DNA from: Ranitomeya imitator
Taxonomy: Eukaryota
Direction of reading: 5' to 3'
DNA length: 64,000 nt
Assembly (NCBI RefSeq): GCF_032444005.1
Contig: NC_091288.1
Span: 218,922,001 to 218,986,000, forward strand
Below are positions 1 through 13,300 of this stretch, one piece after another (the stretch's first letter is position 1; every line of letters starts with the position of its first letter). The notes under the pieces were generated by a model, which saw only the letters and a program-made list of their open reading frames with translations, ran no database searches and was not told the origin of the DNA. The position numbers were made by a program, and so were the translations under genes.

Positions 1-3000
1 ACGGGGGTCTGACTGTAGATGTTCACTGTGGGGGACTCTGCGGAGAAACACCGGCCATGAGAAGGGAGGAGTCAGAGCCGGGGTCCGCAGCCCCCCGCAC
101 ATAGCACTGCCTGCTGAAATACTCTGTGCTGCTGAGGACCCTGCACTTTTCTCTATATACAGTACAGACCAAAAGTTTGGACACACCTTCTCATTTAAAG
201 ATTTTTCTGTATTTTCATGACTATGAAAATTGTACATTCACACTGAAGGCATCAAAACTATGAATTAACACATGTGGAATTATAGACTTAACAAAAAAGT
301 GTGAAACAACTGAAATTATGTCTTTTATTCTAGGTTCTTCAAAGTAGCCACCTTTTGCTTTGATGACTGCTTTGCACACTCTTGGCATTCTCTTGATGAG
401 CTTCCAGAGGTAGTCACCAGGAATGGTTTTCACTTCACAGGTGTGCCCTGTCAGGTTTAATAAGTGGGATTTCTTGCCTTATAAATGGGGTTGGGACCAT
501 CAGTTGTGTTGTGCAGAAGTCTGGAGGATACACAGCTGATAGTCCTTCTGAATAGACTGTTAGAATTTGTATTATGGCAAGAAAACACCAAGGTTACTTA
601 CTGGTAGCCGGTTTTTCCGGAGCCCATGACAGCACACCTGAGAGAGGGATCCGCCCAGTCGGGACAGGAAACCTACCGAAACAAAAGGGCGGTACCTCTC
701 CCTCGCTTCAGTTGGTTTTCAGAGCATGAGAGGCCCCCTTGGTTAGTACACATGGTAATCCATCACCACATTATAATAGTAACAAAAAACACCCAACTAA
801 AAGTGCGCACCAAAGGGTGACAAAAGAAGGGAGGGAATATACAGGTGCTGTCATGGGCTCCGGAAAAACCGGCTACCAGTAAGTAACCTTGGTGTTTTCC
901 CGTCTCCCATGACAGCACACCTGAGAGATTTTTGGAGAAAGGAACACCTTAGGGAGGGACCACCGCTTGCAGCACCCTTCTACCAAAGGTAAGGTCAGAT
1001 GAGGAGGATAGATCTAGCCGGTAGTGTCTAAAGAAGGTAAACTGTGAGGACCAGATAGCGGCCTTACAGATTTGATCAATCGATACCTCTGCTTTTTCTG
1101 CCCAGGAAGTAGCCACGGCTCTGGTGGAGTGAGCCTTGATGCCTTCAGGGATCGGGGCACCACGAGAAGCATAGGATAAGGAAATGGCCTCCCTAATCCA
1201 CCTAGCAATAGTACCCTTGGATACCCCATATCCCTTCCTGCTACCCTGGAAAGCTATAAATAAGGATTGATCTTTCCTCCACTGACTAGTCAGAGATATA
1301 TACTGCAAAATAGCTCTTCTTACGTCAAGCGTATGAAATTTCTCTTCCCCTGGGATCTTAGGATTATTACAGAAAGAGGGCAACACAATTTCTTGACTCC
1401 TATGGAATTTAAGAACTACTTTCGGCAGATATGCCGGATCCGGTCTGAGCACTACTCTATCATCAAATATCTGCGTGTAAGGAGGGGAGATAGACAGGGC
1501 TTGCAAGTCACTCACCCTACGGGCTGATGTCAATGCTACCAGAAGTACTGTCTTAAGAGTGAGTATTTATCGATGATTCCTGCAAGGGTTCAAATGGATC
1601 ACCAGTCAGAGCCTCTAACACCAGATTCAAATCCCATGGAGGAACCCTCTGAATTATTACTGGTCTAGACCTACTACATGATTTTATAAAGCGGGACACC
1701 CATCTATTGGAGGCCAGATTACAATTATACAAGGCTCCTAATGCCGACACTTGCACCTTGAGCGTATTAGTTGCTAACCCTAGCTGCAACCCCGCCTGTA
1801 GGAATTCTAAAATAGTACCCACAGGAGCCCTGTCCCCCACAGGTTGCCCCGAAAATTCCAGAAACCTTTTCCATGTTCTGCCATATATCCTTGATGTTAC
1901 TGGCTTTCTACTTTTTAACAAGGTGGAAACTAACCCTGGTGAAAACCCCTGCCTACTCAGTAATGCCCTCTCAAATTCCAGGCTGCAAGATGGAAGCCTT
2001 TCACTTGAGAGTGGCATATTGGACCCTGAGTAAGCAGGTCCGGAATCTCTGGCAGAATCCATGGATCGGTCACTGACATTTGTCTCAGGAGGGAGAACCA
2101 AGGTCTTTTTGGCCAGAATGGAGCAATAAAAATTACTCTCGCCTGCTCCATTCTGATTTTTCTTACTACCGTCGGAATCATCGCTATTGGTGGAAACACA
2201 TATGCGAGGCTGAAATTCCATTGTATTTGGAGAGCATCTACCGCGAAGGGTTTTTCTCTTGGATCTAGTGAACAGAAGCTCTCTACCTTCCTGTTGCTTA
2301 GGGTGGCAAATAAATCTATGACAGGTAAGCCCCAAGCCTGCACTATCTGTTGAAACACCCGGGGATTCAAAGACCACTCTCCTTGCCTCAGTGTTTTGCG
2401 ACTTAGGTAGTCTGCCTTTATATTCTCGACCCCTTTTATATGGAGAGCCGAGAGAGATAGTAGGTGGCGCTCCGCTAGTTGTAGGAGGACAGATGCTGAC
2501 TTCATCAGGGAAGGGGATCTCGTCCCCCCTTGGTGGTTGATGTATGCAACAACTGCGTGATTGTCCGACATGACCCTGGTATGATGACCCTGGAGGATGG
2601 GAAGGAAATGTTTCACAGCTTTTTCTACTGCCCATAACTCTCTTAGGTTTGACGCTTGTTGTGATTCTAAATGGGACCTAGATCCCTGAACTGAGAGTGT
2701 CCCCAAATGAGCTCCCCATCCTGAACCGCTTGCGTCTGTGGTGATGACCTGGTCTATTGGAGTTATCCACTGGACCCCTGATGTCAAATGGTCTCTTATG
2801 GTCCACCATTTTAGGGAATCTGTTACCTCTAATGAAAGGCGTAGCTTTCCCTCTAAATGCCCTTTTAACCACCTCTGCGCTGACAGGACCTCCCATTGTA
2901 ATTGTCTTAGACGGAACTGTGCCCATCTTACTGCGGGTACACAGGACGTCAGAGATCCCAACAGGGACATTGCCCTTCTCAATGTCATTGCGGGGTGATG

Positions 3001-4284
3001 AATCGCTGACTCTACAAGATTTTGAATTTTGATCAGCTTGTTTTCTGGCAAAAGACAAAGCTGACACCTGGAATCCAGGACTAAACCCAGAAAAGATTGC
3101 ACTAGCTCCGGCATCAACCTTGACTTGGCAAGATTTATTTTCCACCCCAACCGCTGTAGCGTTGATAAGACTGGTTCTATTTGTGTTTGGCAATGTGTTG
3201 ATGAGTTCCCTATTATGAGGAAGTCGTCCAGATACGGAACTATAACCACATTCTGAGAGCGGAGGAAAGACATGACCTCTGACCAGTGGCGTAACTACAA
3301 AGTGAGGGGCCCCGATGCGAACTTTCAAATGGGGCCCCCCCCGCGCCAAAATATTTCCCACCGAAATTCACATTTTCCCTATTCATTTCGCACACTATAG
3401 TTGTGTTGCAATGTTGTGTAGTCTGACCTAATACTGCCCTGTACTCGCTGAGAAAAATGATTTTATAACTAACATGTCCCTATAGTAATATGTCCTCCCT
3501 CGCTCTAATTCCAAGCGCACTCCCGGCGTTTGAACTCTGTGTGCTGTTTCTTCCTGGTATGATGCTGCAGTGCGTCATTTCCAGACCTGTGCAGTGTGGG
3601 GTGTATTGGGTGTACTGGTTGGCTCTGGAGCATACGCACTGCACATTCTGACACTGGCAAGTACACGCAATACTCCCCCACAGTGCACATGCTGGGCTCT
3701 GCCCACAGCCGTGTACAGCCCGTACACACATGGCTTCGCTCCGAGAACCCGTACACACACAGCTCCGCTCTGTACACCTTGTACACACGCGGCTCTGCTC
3801 CCTACACCTTGTACACACGCGGCTCCGCTCCGTACACCTTGTACACACGCGGCTCCGCTCCCTACACCTTGTACACACGCGGCTCCGCTCCCTACACCTT
3901 GTACACACGCGGCTCCGCTCCGTACACCTTGTACACACGCGGCTCCGCTCCGTACACCTCTTACACACGCGGCTCCGCTCCATACACCTCTTACACACGC
4001 GGCTCCGCTCCTTACACCCCATACATACACGAATCCGCTCACCTCTTTCACCCTCGGCTCAGCTTTGTATACCTCGTACACACCTGACTCCGCTCCGTAC
4101 ACCTTGCTCCACTACGCACATACACGGCTCTGCTCCGTACACCTTGTACACACACGGCTCTGTTACATAAACATCCCCTCATTCAGCACCATGACAATCA
4201 AGCACAGCAGAGTCCTGCATAGTGCATACACTGAGGCCACTGATCATGTGACCCCTGACTCCTCCCCTCCTGTGACCTCATCAC

Positions 4285-4343
<59 letters not shown>

Positions 4344-7300
4344 GGTGTAAGCAGCACATCACTCACCAGCTAATGCCTGCCATCTCTCCAGCTTCAGTCA
4401 GTGACAGCCCAGCCCTTCTGCTAGGTCACATGTCCTTCACGGACACGCCCACTCGCCGCACACTGCTGAAAGTCTGGGGAAGCTGTGGGCGTGGCCAGCA
4501 GGATGCGTGCGTGTCTTGTCTCCTTCCCCTGCTACTTGTTTGCTGGACTGGGCGGGCCCTGAAAACACTGTGGGCCCCATCGCAGTCGCGACCCCTGCGA
4601 CCGCAGTTGTTACGCCCCTGCCTCTGACATTAATTTTGTAAAAATTCTCGGTGCTATTGATAGGCTGAATGGTAGGGCAGCATACTGATAGTGCCTGAGA
4701 CAGCCTTGTACATAAACCGCCACCCTTAGGTATTTTTTGGTGGTCTTGATGAATTGGGACGTGGTAATAGGCGTCCTTCAGGTCTATGGCTGTCATGAAG
4801 CAACCTGGGAATAAGAGTTTTATGGCCGTATTTATTGACTCCATTTTGAAGGAGCAGTTTACTATTGACAGATTTAGATTTTTTAAATTGATAATAGTTC
4901 TCAGGGACCAGTCTGGTTTTCGTATGAGAAAAAGAGGAGTAAAAACCTTTTCCCTGCTCTTCCCCCGGGACCTCCACAAGAACCCGTTTTGATACGAGCT
5001 CCAGTACCTCTGCCTCCAAGGCTAGCTGCTCCTCTGGAGTCTTTCTTTGGGGCGTTAAAACAAAAGTTTGTCGCGGTGGAAAAACAAAATCTATTCTTAG
5101 GCCGTGTTCGATGACCTTTAGAGTCCAATGACTGGGGGAGATGTCTACCCAGGCTGGGAGAAAAGATGAAAGCCTTCCCCCCACCTCTGGCCTGGCATCA
5201 TTGGGAGGGCTTTTTCGCCGATGTTGAGGGACCTTTAAACATGTATCCAGATCCCCTTCTGTCTCTGGAGTCCCAATTCCTTCTATCTCCCTGGGGGCGG
5301 CCTCTACTAAATTTGCCCCTCCGAAAATAAGGCCTTCTAAAGTCCACAGGAAAACGAGGGAATCCCTTTTTCCTATCTCCTGCTTTCTCTAAAATGTCTT
5401 CCAATTTTTGACCAAAGAGGAAATGGCCGTCACATGGTATAGAACAAAGTCTATTTTTTTAAGGTAGATCCCCCGGGCATCCCTTCAACCAGAGAGCACG
5501 TCTAGCTGCATTGGATAAACTTGCGGCCCTAGCTGCCAGTCTTACAGAGTCTGCTGAGGAATCCGCTACGAAGGCAGCTGCACCTTTAGCTAAAGTTACA
5601 TTGGTTAGAATTTCATCTCTCTGGCTTTAGACTTCAGTTGCTCCCCTATCTGCTGCAGCCAGACAATAAGGGAGCGAGAGACACAGGTTCCTGCGATTGC
5701 TGGTTTCAAGCCCCCTGCGGTAGCTTCCCAGGTGTGTCTTAGGAACCCATCTGCCTTTTTATCTAAAGGATCTCTTAATACGCCAGAATCTTCTAAGGGA
5801 AGGGATAATTTTTTAGACGATCTAGCCACCGCACCATCGATTTTCGGAACCTTATCCCAAGTCTCTGAATCTTTATCCTCAAAGGGGTAACGTCTTTTAG
5901 AAGCCGAGGGAAGATTACCCGATTTTTCTGGTTTCCTCCACTCTTTTTCTATAAGGGCTTTTATTCTGGAATTGACTGGGAAGGTGCGTTTTCTCTTTTC
6001 CTCTAAACCCCCAAACATTATGTCCTCCAGGGATTTGGCCGCTTTCTCATCTTTAAGGCCCATTGAAGCTCTAACGGCTTTTACTAGCTTGTCCGTGTTC
6101 TCAGTAAGAAAGCACGGACGACCCCCCACATCACTATCAGAAGAGGAGTCAGAGGACTTAGGAGAAGAGGAGCAGGGAGATAACGGTTCCTCCTGACCTT
6201 CCTCATCAGAAGGAGATACCTCAGAACCCGAAACTGGTTCAGGGTGCTTACTACCCTTTTTCTTAAGGGCTGCTTTAACAGAGTCTTGTACTTCGGCTCT
6301 GATTATTGCTCTAAGACTAGAGGCAAAGTCAGGGGTCTCTTCCTGGATAGTTTTTTGAATACATATAATGATATTGAGCACGGCACTCTTGGCTTCTTGG
6401 AGGTGCACAAGTTGGGTTTCCAACCCGTCAAATCAATGCAATAAATACTTGGCACTCAAGAGATCTTGTTGTGTGATAGAAAGTGAACAATTCGTTTATT
6501 TGGTGCATCCACAATTGTGGATGCACCAAATAAACGAATTGTTCACTTTCTATCACACAACAAGATCTCTTGAGTGTCAAGTATTTATTGCACAGTTTTT
6601 TGAATACAATCTATACAAAGATTTTTCTGCCACTGAACTGCCAATGGGACATTACAGAGGGCACATTATTCTTTGTCTTGGAACTAGCCTTCCTCGGCGC
6701 CTGCCAAGTAAACAGAAAATGTAGCCCATTACCACCAGGGTGACATTCATGTAGATCACTCACCACCCGCTGACCATAAAGGGTACCGGATTCCGAGGCG
6801 GACTGGGAGCACGGGGAACGTTCCTCCTGGATGCTGAAGAATCCTGAGACGTCCGACTAGGATGATTGCTGCTCCTTCCATTTGAGCGGCTATTCTTCTT
6901 AGGATGACGAGCAGATGTATCGCCTGATAAGGGCTCTTGCTGCAATAGCTGCTGCTGCTGCTGCTCCATACCCTCCATCTCTGGACTGTATGGGAATGAG
7001 CAGCGATCTATTGCAGCCACCCCCTTAATAAGGGTTCGTTCCACAGCGCTCCCCGCCTCTTTCGGTAACAATTCTTGCTCCTCTCCCCCTCCAGAACACC
7101 GCCGGAGAGCTCACATAATTACCGGCGTTTCAAACCATGGGCGCCGCCATCTTGGATCCGGCGCGCCTCTGACATCACACAGGCACGCCCCTTCACTGAA
7201 CGCCAGCCGCGCACCCGGAAGTCGCTCCAACAGAGGGGGAGAGAGCGGCGTGGCAGCCGCAGAATGGCTCCAGAGATCCGGACTGCGCTGGACCGACGCC

Positions 7301-10300
7301 CGCAAGAGCCCGAAGGATCTGCGGACTGCGCTACCAGCGTCCCGAAGGCCGACCTGCAGGCATCCTGCCTGCTCTTCAAGTGCCGGGACGGGAGTGGGTA
7401 AGTGAATCTTCTATCAACGAAAAAATAAAAACAAAAAAGTACCGCCGTGATTCAGCACAAGGGTTCCCATCAGGACAGGAAACCCAACTGAAGCGAGGGA
7501 GAGGTACCGCCCTTTTGTTTCGGTAGGTTTCCTGTCCCGACTGGGCGGATCCCTCTCTCAGGTGTGCTGTCATGGGAGACGGGAAAAAAGCAGCTAAGTA
7601 AAGAAAAACGAGTGTTCATCATTACTTTAAGAAATGAAGGTCAGTCAGCCCGCACGAATTGAGAAAACTTTGAAAGTGTCCCCAAGTGCAGAGTCAAAAA
7701 CCATCAAGTGCTACAAAGAAACTGGCTCACATGAGGACCGCCCCAGGAAAGGAAGACCAAGAGTCACCTCTGCTTCTGAGGATAAGTTTATCACCAGCCT
7801 CAGAAATCGCAGGTTAACAGCAGCTCAGATTAGAGACCAGGTCAATGCCACACAGAGTTCTAGCAGCAGACACATCTCTACAACACAACTGTTAAGAGGA
7901 GACTTTGTGCAGCAGGCCTTCATGGTAAAATAGCTGCTAGGAAACCACTGCTAAGGACAGGCAACAAGCAGAACAGACTTGTTTGGGCTAAAGAACACAA
8001 GGAATGGACATTAGACCAGTGGAAATCTGTGCTTTGGTCTGATGAGTCCAAATTTGAGATCTTTGGTTCCAACCACTGTGTCTTTGTGCGACGCAGAAAA
8101 GATGAACGGATGGACTCTACATGCCTGGTTCCCACCGTGAAGCATGGAGGAGGACGTGTGATGACGTGATGCGTTTATTTGGACCATCATTTATTTTTCA
8201 ACAGGACAATGACCCCGAACACCTCCAGGCTGTGTAACGGCTATTTGACCAAGAAGGAGAGTGATGGGGGCTACACCAGACGACCTGGCCTCCACAGTCA
8301 CCAGACCTGAACTCAATCGAGATGGTTTGGGGTGAGCTGGACCGCAGAGTGAAGGCAAAAGGGCCAACAAGTGCTAAGCATCTCTGGAAACTACTTCAAG
8401 ATTGTTGGAAGACCATTCCCGGTGACGACCATTCCCGGTGACGACCTCTTGAAGCTCATCAAGAGAATGCCAAGAGTGTGCAAAGCAGTCAAAGCAAAAG
8501 GTGGCTACTGTGAAGAACCTAGAATATAAGACATAATTTCAGTTGTTTCACATTTTTTTGTTAAGTATATAATTCCACATGTGTTAATTCATAGTTTTGA
8601 TGCCTTCAGTGTGAATGTACAATTTTCATAGTCGTGAAGATACACAAAAATCTTTAAATGAGAAGGTGTGTCCAAACTTTTGGTCCGTACTGTATCTGTG
8701 ACCTCCCTATAAGATTAGCGCCTCCTCTCCTGACATCCTCTGTGCTGCTGGGGACTCTGCACCTTCCTGCCGCAATTTCCCCGATTCTCAGCACTTTATG
8801 CAGTAAAACAACTCCAAGAATCCCCCCAATATAGTGAGGGCCCCCGGGAGAAAAACAAAAGCTAAAAAAACAAACAAACAAAAAAACAAAACACACAGAT
8901 GGAAACTACAGAACTAAGTCCGGTCAGGAATACAGCGCCCCCCGAAGGTGGAGAGAAACCATGTAGGACAAGTGGATACAGTGTAGGACAGGAGAATGTG
9001 TCCATAACGTCATCGCTCGGGGGCTCCAGCCGGATCATCTTGTATGTGGAGCACGGATTCTCAGTCGATCCCTAGTGATCCATGTGCTGTGTGGATCTGG
9101 GTCTATGAACGCTCTGACACTGTGTGTGATCTACGCCCTGCACGGAGTTTTCATACGTATAGTCACACTGTCAGTATACATCTATTGCCTTTTTGCCTAT
9201 ATTAGTCTTGTTAGGATTATTATCTAGGTCACTTGTAACTTTGTATCTTCTTTAAAGCTTGTTTGGAATAATGAGGGGTAAATTCTCGGCCGGGGTGCAC
9301 TAATTTTTGGATGGTTACTTTATTGGAATCCATGTGATAACACGGCCTCAGATCTAAGGATCCACAAACAAGACCCGAATCTGATCACTCTGGGACCAAG
9401 GTCGGATACATTTACCCCGTGATCTCCGGATCTCCTCGCGCCTTTATTACCTGTTTATACAATGGCGGCTTCAATAAAGTTTGTGTTTAATAAAGACTTG
9501 CTGAGCGGGGGGAGGGGAATGTATACAAAATAATGACAACAACACCACCAGGACCATAGGAGACAGGTGCCGAATAATGGTAACAACAACAACACCACCA
9601 GGACCATAGGAGACAGATGTCGAATAATGGTAACAACAACAACACCAGGACCACAGGAGACAGGTGCCGAATAATGGTAACAACAACAACACCAGGACCA
9701 CAGGAGACAGGTGCCGAATAATGGTAACAACAACAACACCAGGACCATAGGAGACAGGTGCCGAATAATGGTAACAACAACAACAACAACAACACCACCA
9801 GGACCACAGGAGACAGGTGTCGAATAATGGTAACAACAACAACACCACCAGGACCATACGAGACAGGTGCCGAATAATGGTAACAACAACAACACCACCA
9901 GGACCACAGGAGACAGGTGCCGAATAATGGTAACAACAACACCATAGGAGACAGGTGCCGAATAATGGTAACAACAACAACACCACCAGGACCACAGGAG
10001 ACAGGTGCCGAATAATGGTAACAACAACAACACCACCAGGACCACAGGAGACAGGTGCCGAATAATGGTAACAACAACACCATAGGAGACAGGTTCCGAA
10101 TAATGGTAACAACAACAACACCACCAGGACCACAGGAGACAGGTGCCGAATAATGGTAACAACAACACCACCACCAGGACCACAGGAGACAGGTGCCGAA
10201 TAATGGTAACAACAACACCATAGGAGACAGGTGCCGAATAATGGTAACAACAACAACACCACCAGGACCACAGGAGACAGGTGCCGAATAATGGTAACAA

Positions 10301-13300
10301 CAACAACACCACCAGGACCACAGGAGACAGGTGCCGAATAATGGTAACAACAACACCATAGGAGACAGGTGCCGAATAATGGTAACAACAACACCACCAG
10401 GACCACAGGAGACAGGTGCCGAATAATGGTAACAACAACAACACCACCAGGACCACAGGAGACAGGTGCCGAATAATGGTAACAACAACACCATCACCAG
10501 GACCACAGGAGACAGGTGCCGAATAATGGTAACAACAACAACACCAGGACCACAGGAGACAGGTGCCGAATAATGGTAACAACAACACCAGGACCACAGG
10601 AGACAGGTGCCGAATAATGGTAACAACAACAACACCACCAGGACCATAGGAGACAGGTGCCGAATAATGGTAACAACAACAACAACACCACCACCAGGAG
10701 CACAGGAGACAGGTGCCGAATAATGGTAACAACAACAACACCACCAGGACCACAGGAGACAGGTGCCGAATAATGGTAACAACAACAACAACACCACCAG
10801 GACCACAGGAGACAGGTGCCGAATAATGGTAACAACAACAACAACACCACCAGGACCACAGGAGACAGGTGCCGAATAATGGTAACAACAACAACAACAC
10901 CAGGACCACAGGAGACAGGTGCCGAATAATGGTAACAACAACAACAACACCAGGACCACAGGAGACAGGTGCCGAATAATGGTAACAACAACAACAACAC
11001 CAGGACCACAGGAGACAGGTGCCGAATAATGGTAACAACAACAACAACACCAGGACCACAGGAGACAGGTGCCGAATAATGGTAACAACAACAACAACAC
11101 CAGGACCACAGGAGACAGGTGCCGAATAATGGTAACAACAACAACAACACCAGGACCACAGGAGACAGGCGCCGAATAATGGTAACAACAACAACACCAC
11201 CAGGAGCACAGGAGACAGGCGCCGAATAATGGTAACAACAACAACACCACCAGGAGCACAGGAGACAGGCGCCGAATAATGGTAACAACAACAACACCAC
11301 CAGGACCACAGGAGACAGGTGCCGAATAATGGTAACAACAACAACACCAGGACCACAGGAGACAGGTGCCGAATAATGGTAACAACAACAACACCACCAG
11401 GACCATAGGAGACAGGTGCCGAATAATGGTAACAACAACAACACCACCAGGACCACAGGAGACAGGTGCCGAATAATGGTAACAACAACAACACCACCAG
11501 GACCATAGGAGACAGGTGCCGAATAATGGTAACAACAACAACACCACCAGGAGCACAGGAGACAGGCGCCGAATAATGGTAACAACAACAACACCACCAG
11601 GAGCACAGGAGACAGGCGCCGAATAATGGTAACAACAACAACACCACCAGGACCACAGGAGACAGGTGCCGAATAATGGTAACAACACCACCAGGACCAC
11701 AGGAGACAGGTGCCGAATAATGGTAACAACAACAACACCACCAGGACCATAGGAGACAGGTGCCGAATAATGGTAACAACAACAACACCACCAGGAGCAC
11801 AGGAGACAGGTGCCGAATAATGGTAACAACAACACCACCAGGAGCACAGGAGACAGGTGCCGAATAATGGTAACAACAACAACACCACCAGGAGCACAGG
11901 AGACAGGCGCCGAATAATGGTAACAACAACAACACCACCAGGACCACAGGAGACAGGTGCCGAATAATGGTAACAACAACACCACCAGGACCACAGGAGA
12001 CAGGTGCCGAATAATGGTAACAACAACAACACCACCAGGAGCACAGGAGACAGGTGCCGAATAATGGTGGTAACAACAACAACACCACCAGGACCACAGG
12101 AGACAGGTGCCGAATAATGGTAACAACAACAACAACACCACCAGGACCACAGGAGACAGGTGCCGAATAATGGTAACAACAACACCACCAGGAGCACAGG
12201 AGACAGGTGCCGAATAATGGTAACAACAACAACAACACCAGGACCACAGGAGACAGGTGCCGAATAATGGTAACAACAACACCACCAGGAGCACAGGAGA
12301 CAGGTGCCGAATAATGGTAACAACAACAACACCACCAGGACCACAGGAGACAGGTGCCGAATAATGGTAACAACAACACCACCAGGAGCACAGGAGACAG
12401 GTGCCGAATAATGGTAACAACAACAACAACACCAGGACCACAGGAGACAGGTGCCGAATAATGGTAACAACAACACCACCAGGAGCACAGGAGACAGGTG
12501 CCGAATAATGGTAACAACAACAACAACAACAACACCAGGAGCACAGGAGACAGGTGCCGAATAATGGTAACAACAACACCACCAGGACCACAGGAGACAG
12601 GCGCCGAATAATGGTAACAACAACAACAACAACACCAGGACCACAGGAGACAGGTGCCGAATAATGGTAACAACAACACCACCAGGAGCACAGGAGACAG
12701 GTGCCGAATAATGGTAACAACAACAACAACAACACCAGGACCACAGGAGACAGGTGCCGAATAATGGTAACAACAACACCACCAGGAGCACAGGAGACAG
12801 GTGCCGAATAATGGTAACAACAACAACAACAACACCAGGACCACAGGAGACAGGTGCCGAATAATGGTAACAACAACAACACCACCAGGAGCACAGGAGA
12901 CAGGTGCCGAATAATGGTAACAACAACACCACCAGGAGCACAGGAGACAGGTCCCGAATAATGGTAACAACAACAACACCACCAGGAGCACAGGAGACAG
13001 GTGCCGAATAATGGTAACAACAACAACACCACCAGGAGCACAGGAGACAGGCGCCGAATAATGGTAACAACAACAACACCACCAGGACCACAGGAGACAG
13101 GTGCCGAATAATGGTAACAACACCACCAGGACCACAGGAGACAGGTGCCGAATAATGGTAACAACAACAACACCACCAGGACCATAGGAGACAGGTGCCG
13201 AATAATGGTAACAACAACAACACCACCAGGAGCACAGGAGACAGGTGCCGAATAATGGCAACAACAACACCACCAGGAGCACAGGAGACAGGTGCCGAAT

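Larger units (their letters stand above)
3284..4620. mobile_element. Non-autonomous hAT element (1337 bp) inside the DIRS RT
   Basis: 8-bp TSD CCTCTGAC at 3276-3283 and 4621-4628. TIRs read CAGTGGCGTAAC and CAGGGGCGTAAC. No transposase is present. Confidence 0.92.
1957..5184 (-). pseudogene. DIRS pol (RT, RNase H, methyltransferase-like domain), frameshifted and interrupted by a hAT insertion
   Basis: Motifs [33 protein letters not shown] and DLFA...DAL...YVFPP. The frame ...FTKLMSE|VMSFLRS rejoins across the 3284-4620 insertion. Confidence 0.9.
586..7587 (-). mobile_element. DIRS1-type tyrosine-recombinase retrotransposon, structurally complete but with disrupted ORFs
   Basis: ITRs of about 97 bp (623-720 and 7479-7576). 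An internal complementary region at 842-927 reproduces both termini joined at 894/895. Gag-like, RT (YLDD), RNase H, Dam-like methyltransferase and YR ORFs are present. There is no TSD. Confidence 0.95.
160..8692 (+). mobile_element. Tc1-like DNA transposon with a decayed transposase, split by a DIRS insertion
   Basis: TA target duplications at 158-159 and 8693-8694. Long TIRs of about 260 bp begin CAGTACAGACCAAAAGTTTGGACACACC. The transposase start ATG GCA AGA AAA (574-585) continues AAG CAG CTA (MARKKQLSKEKR) at 7588. Frameshifted remnants include SDESKFEIFG, FQQDND and SPDLNSIE. Confidence 0.93.

Noticed and set aside
221-433. A short ORF resembling a Tc1 transposase C-terminus
   Set aside because: It is the inverted copy of the transposase end within the left TIR, not a separate gene.
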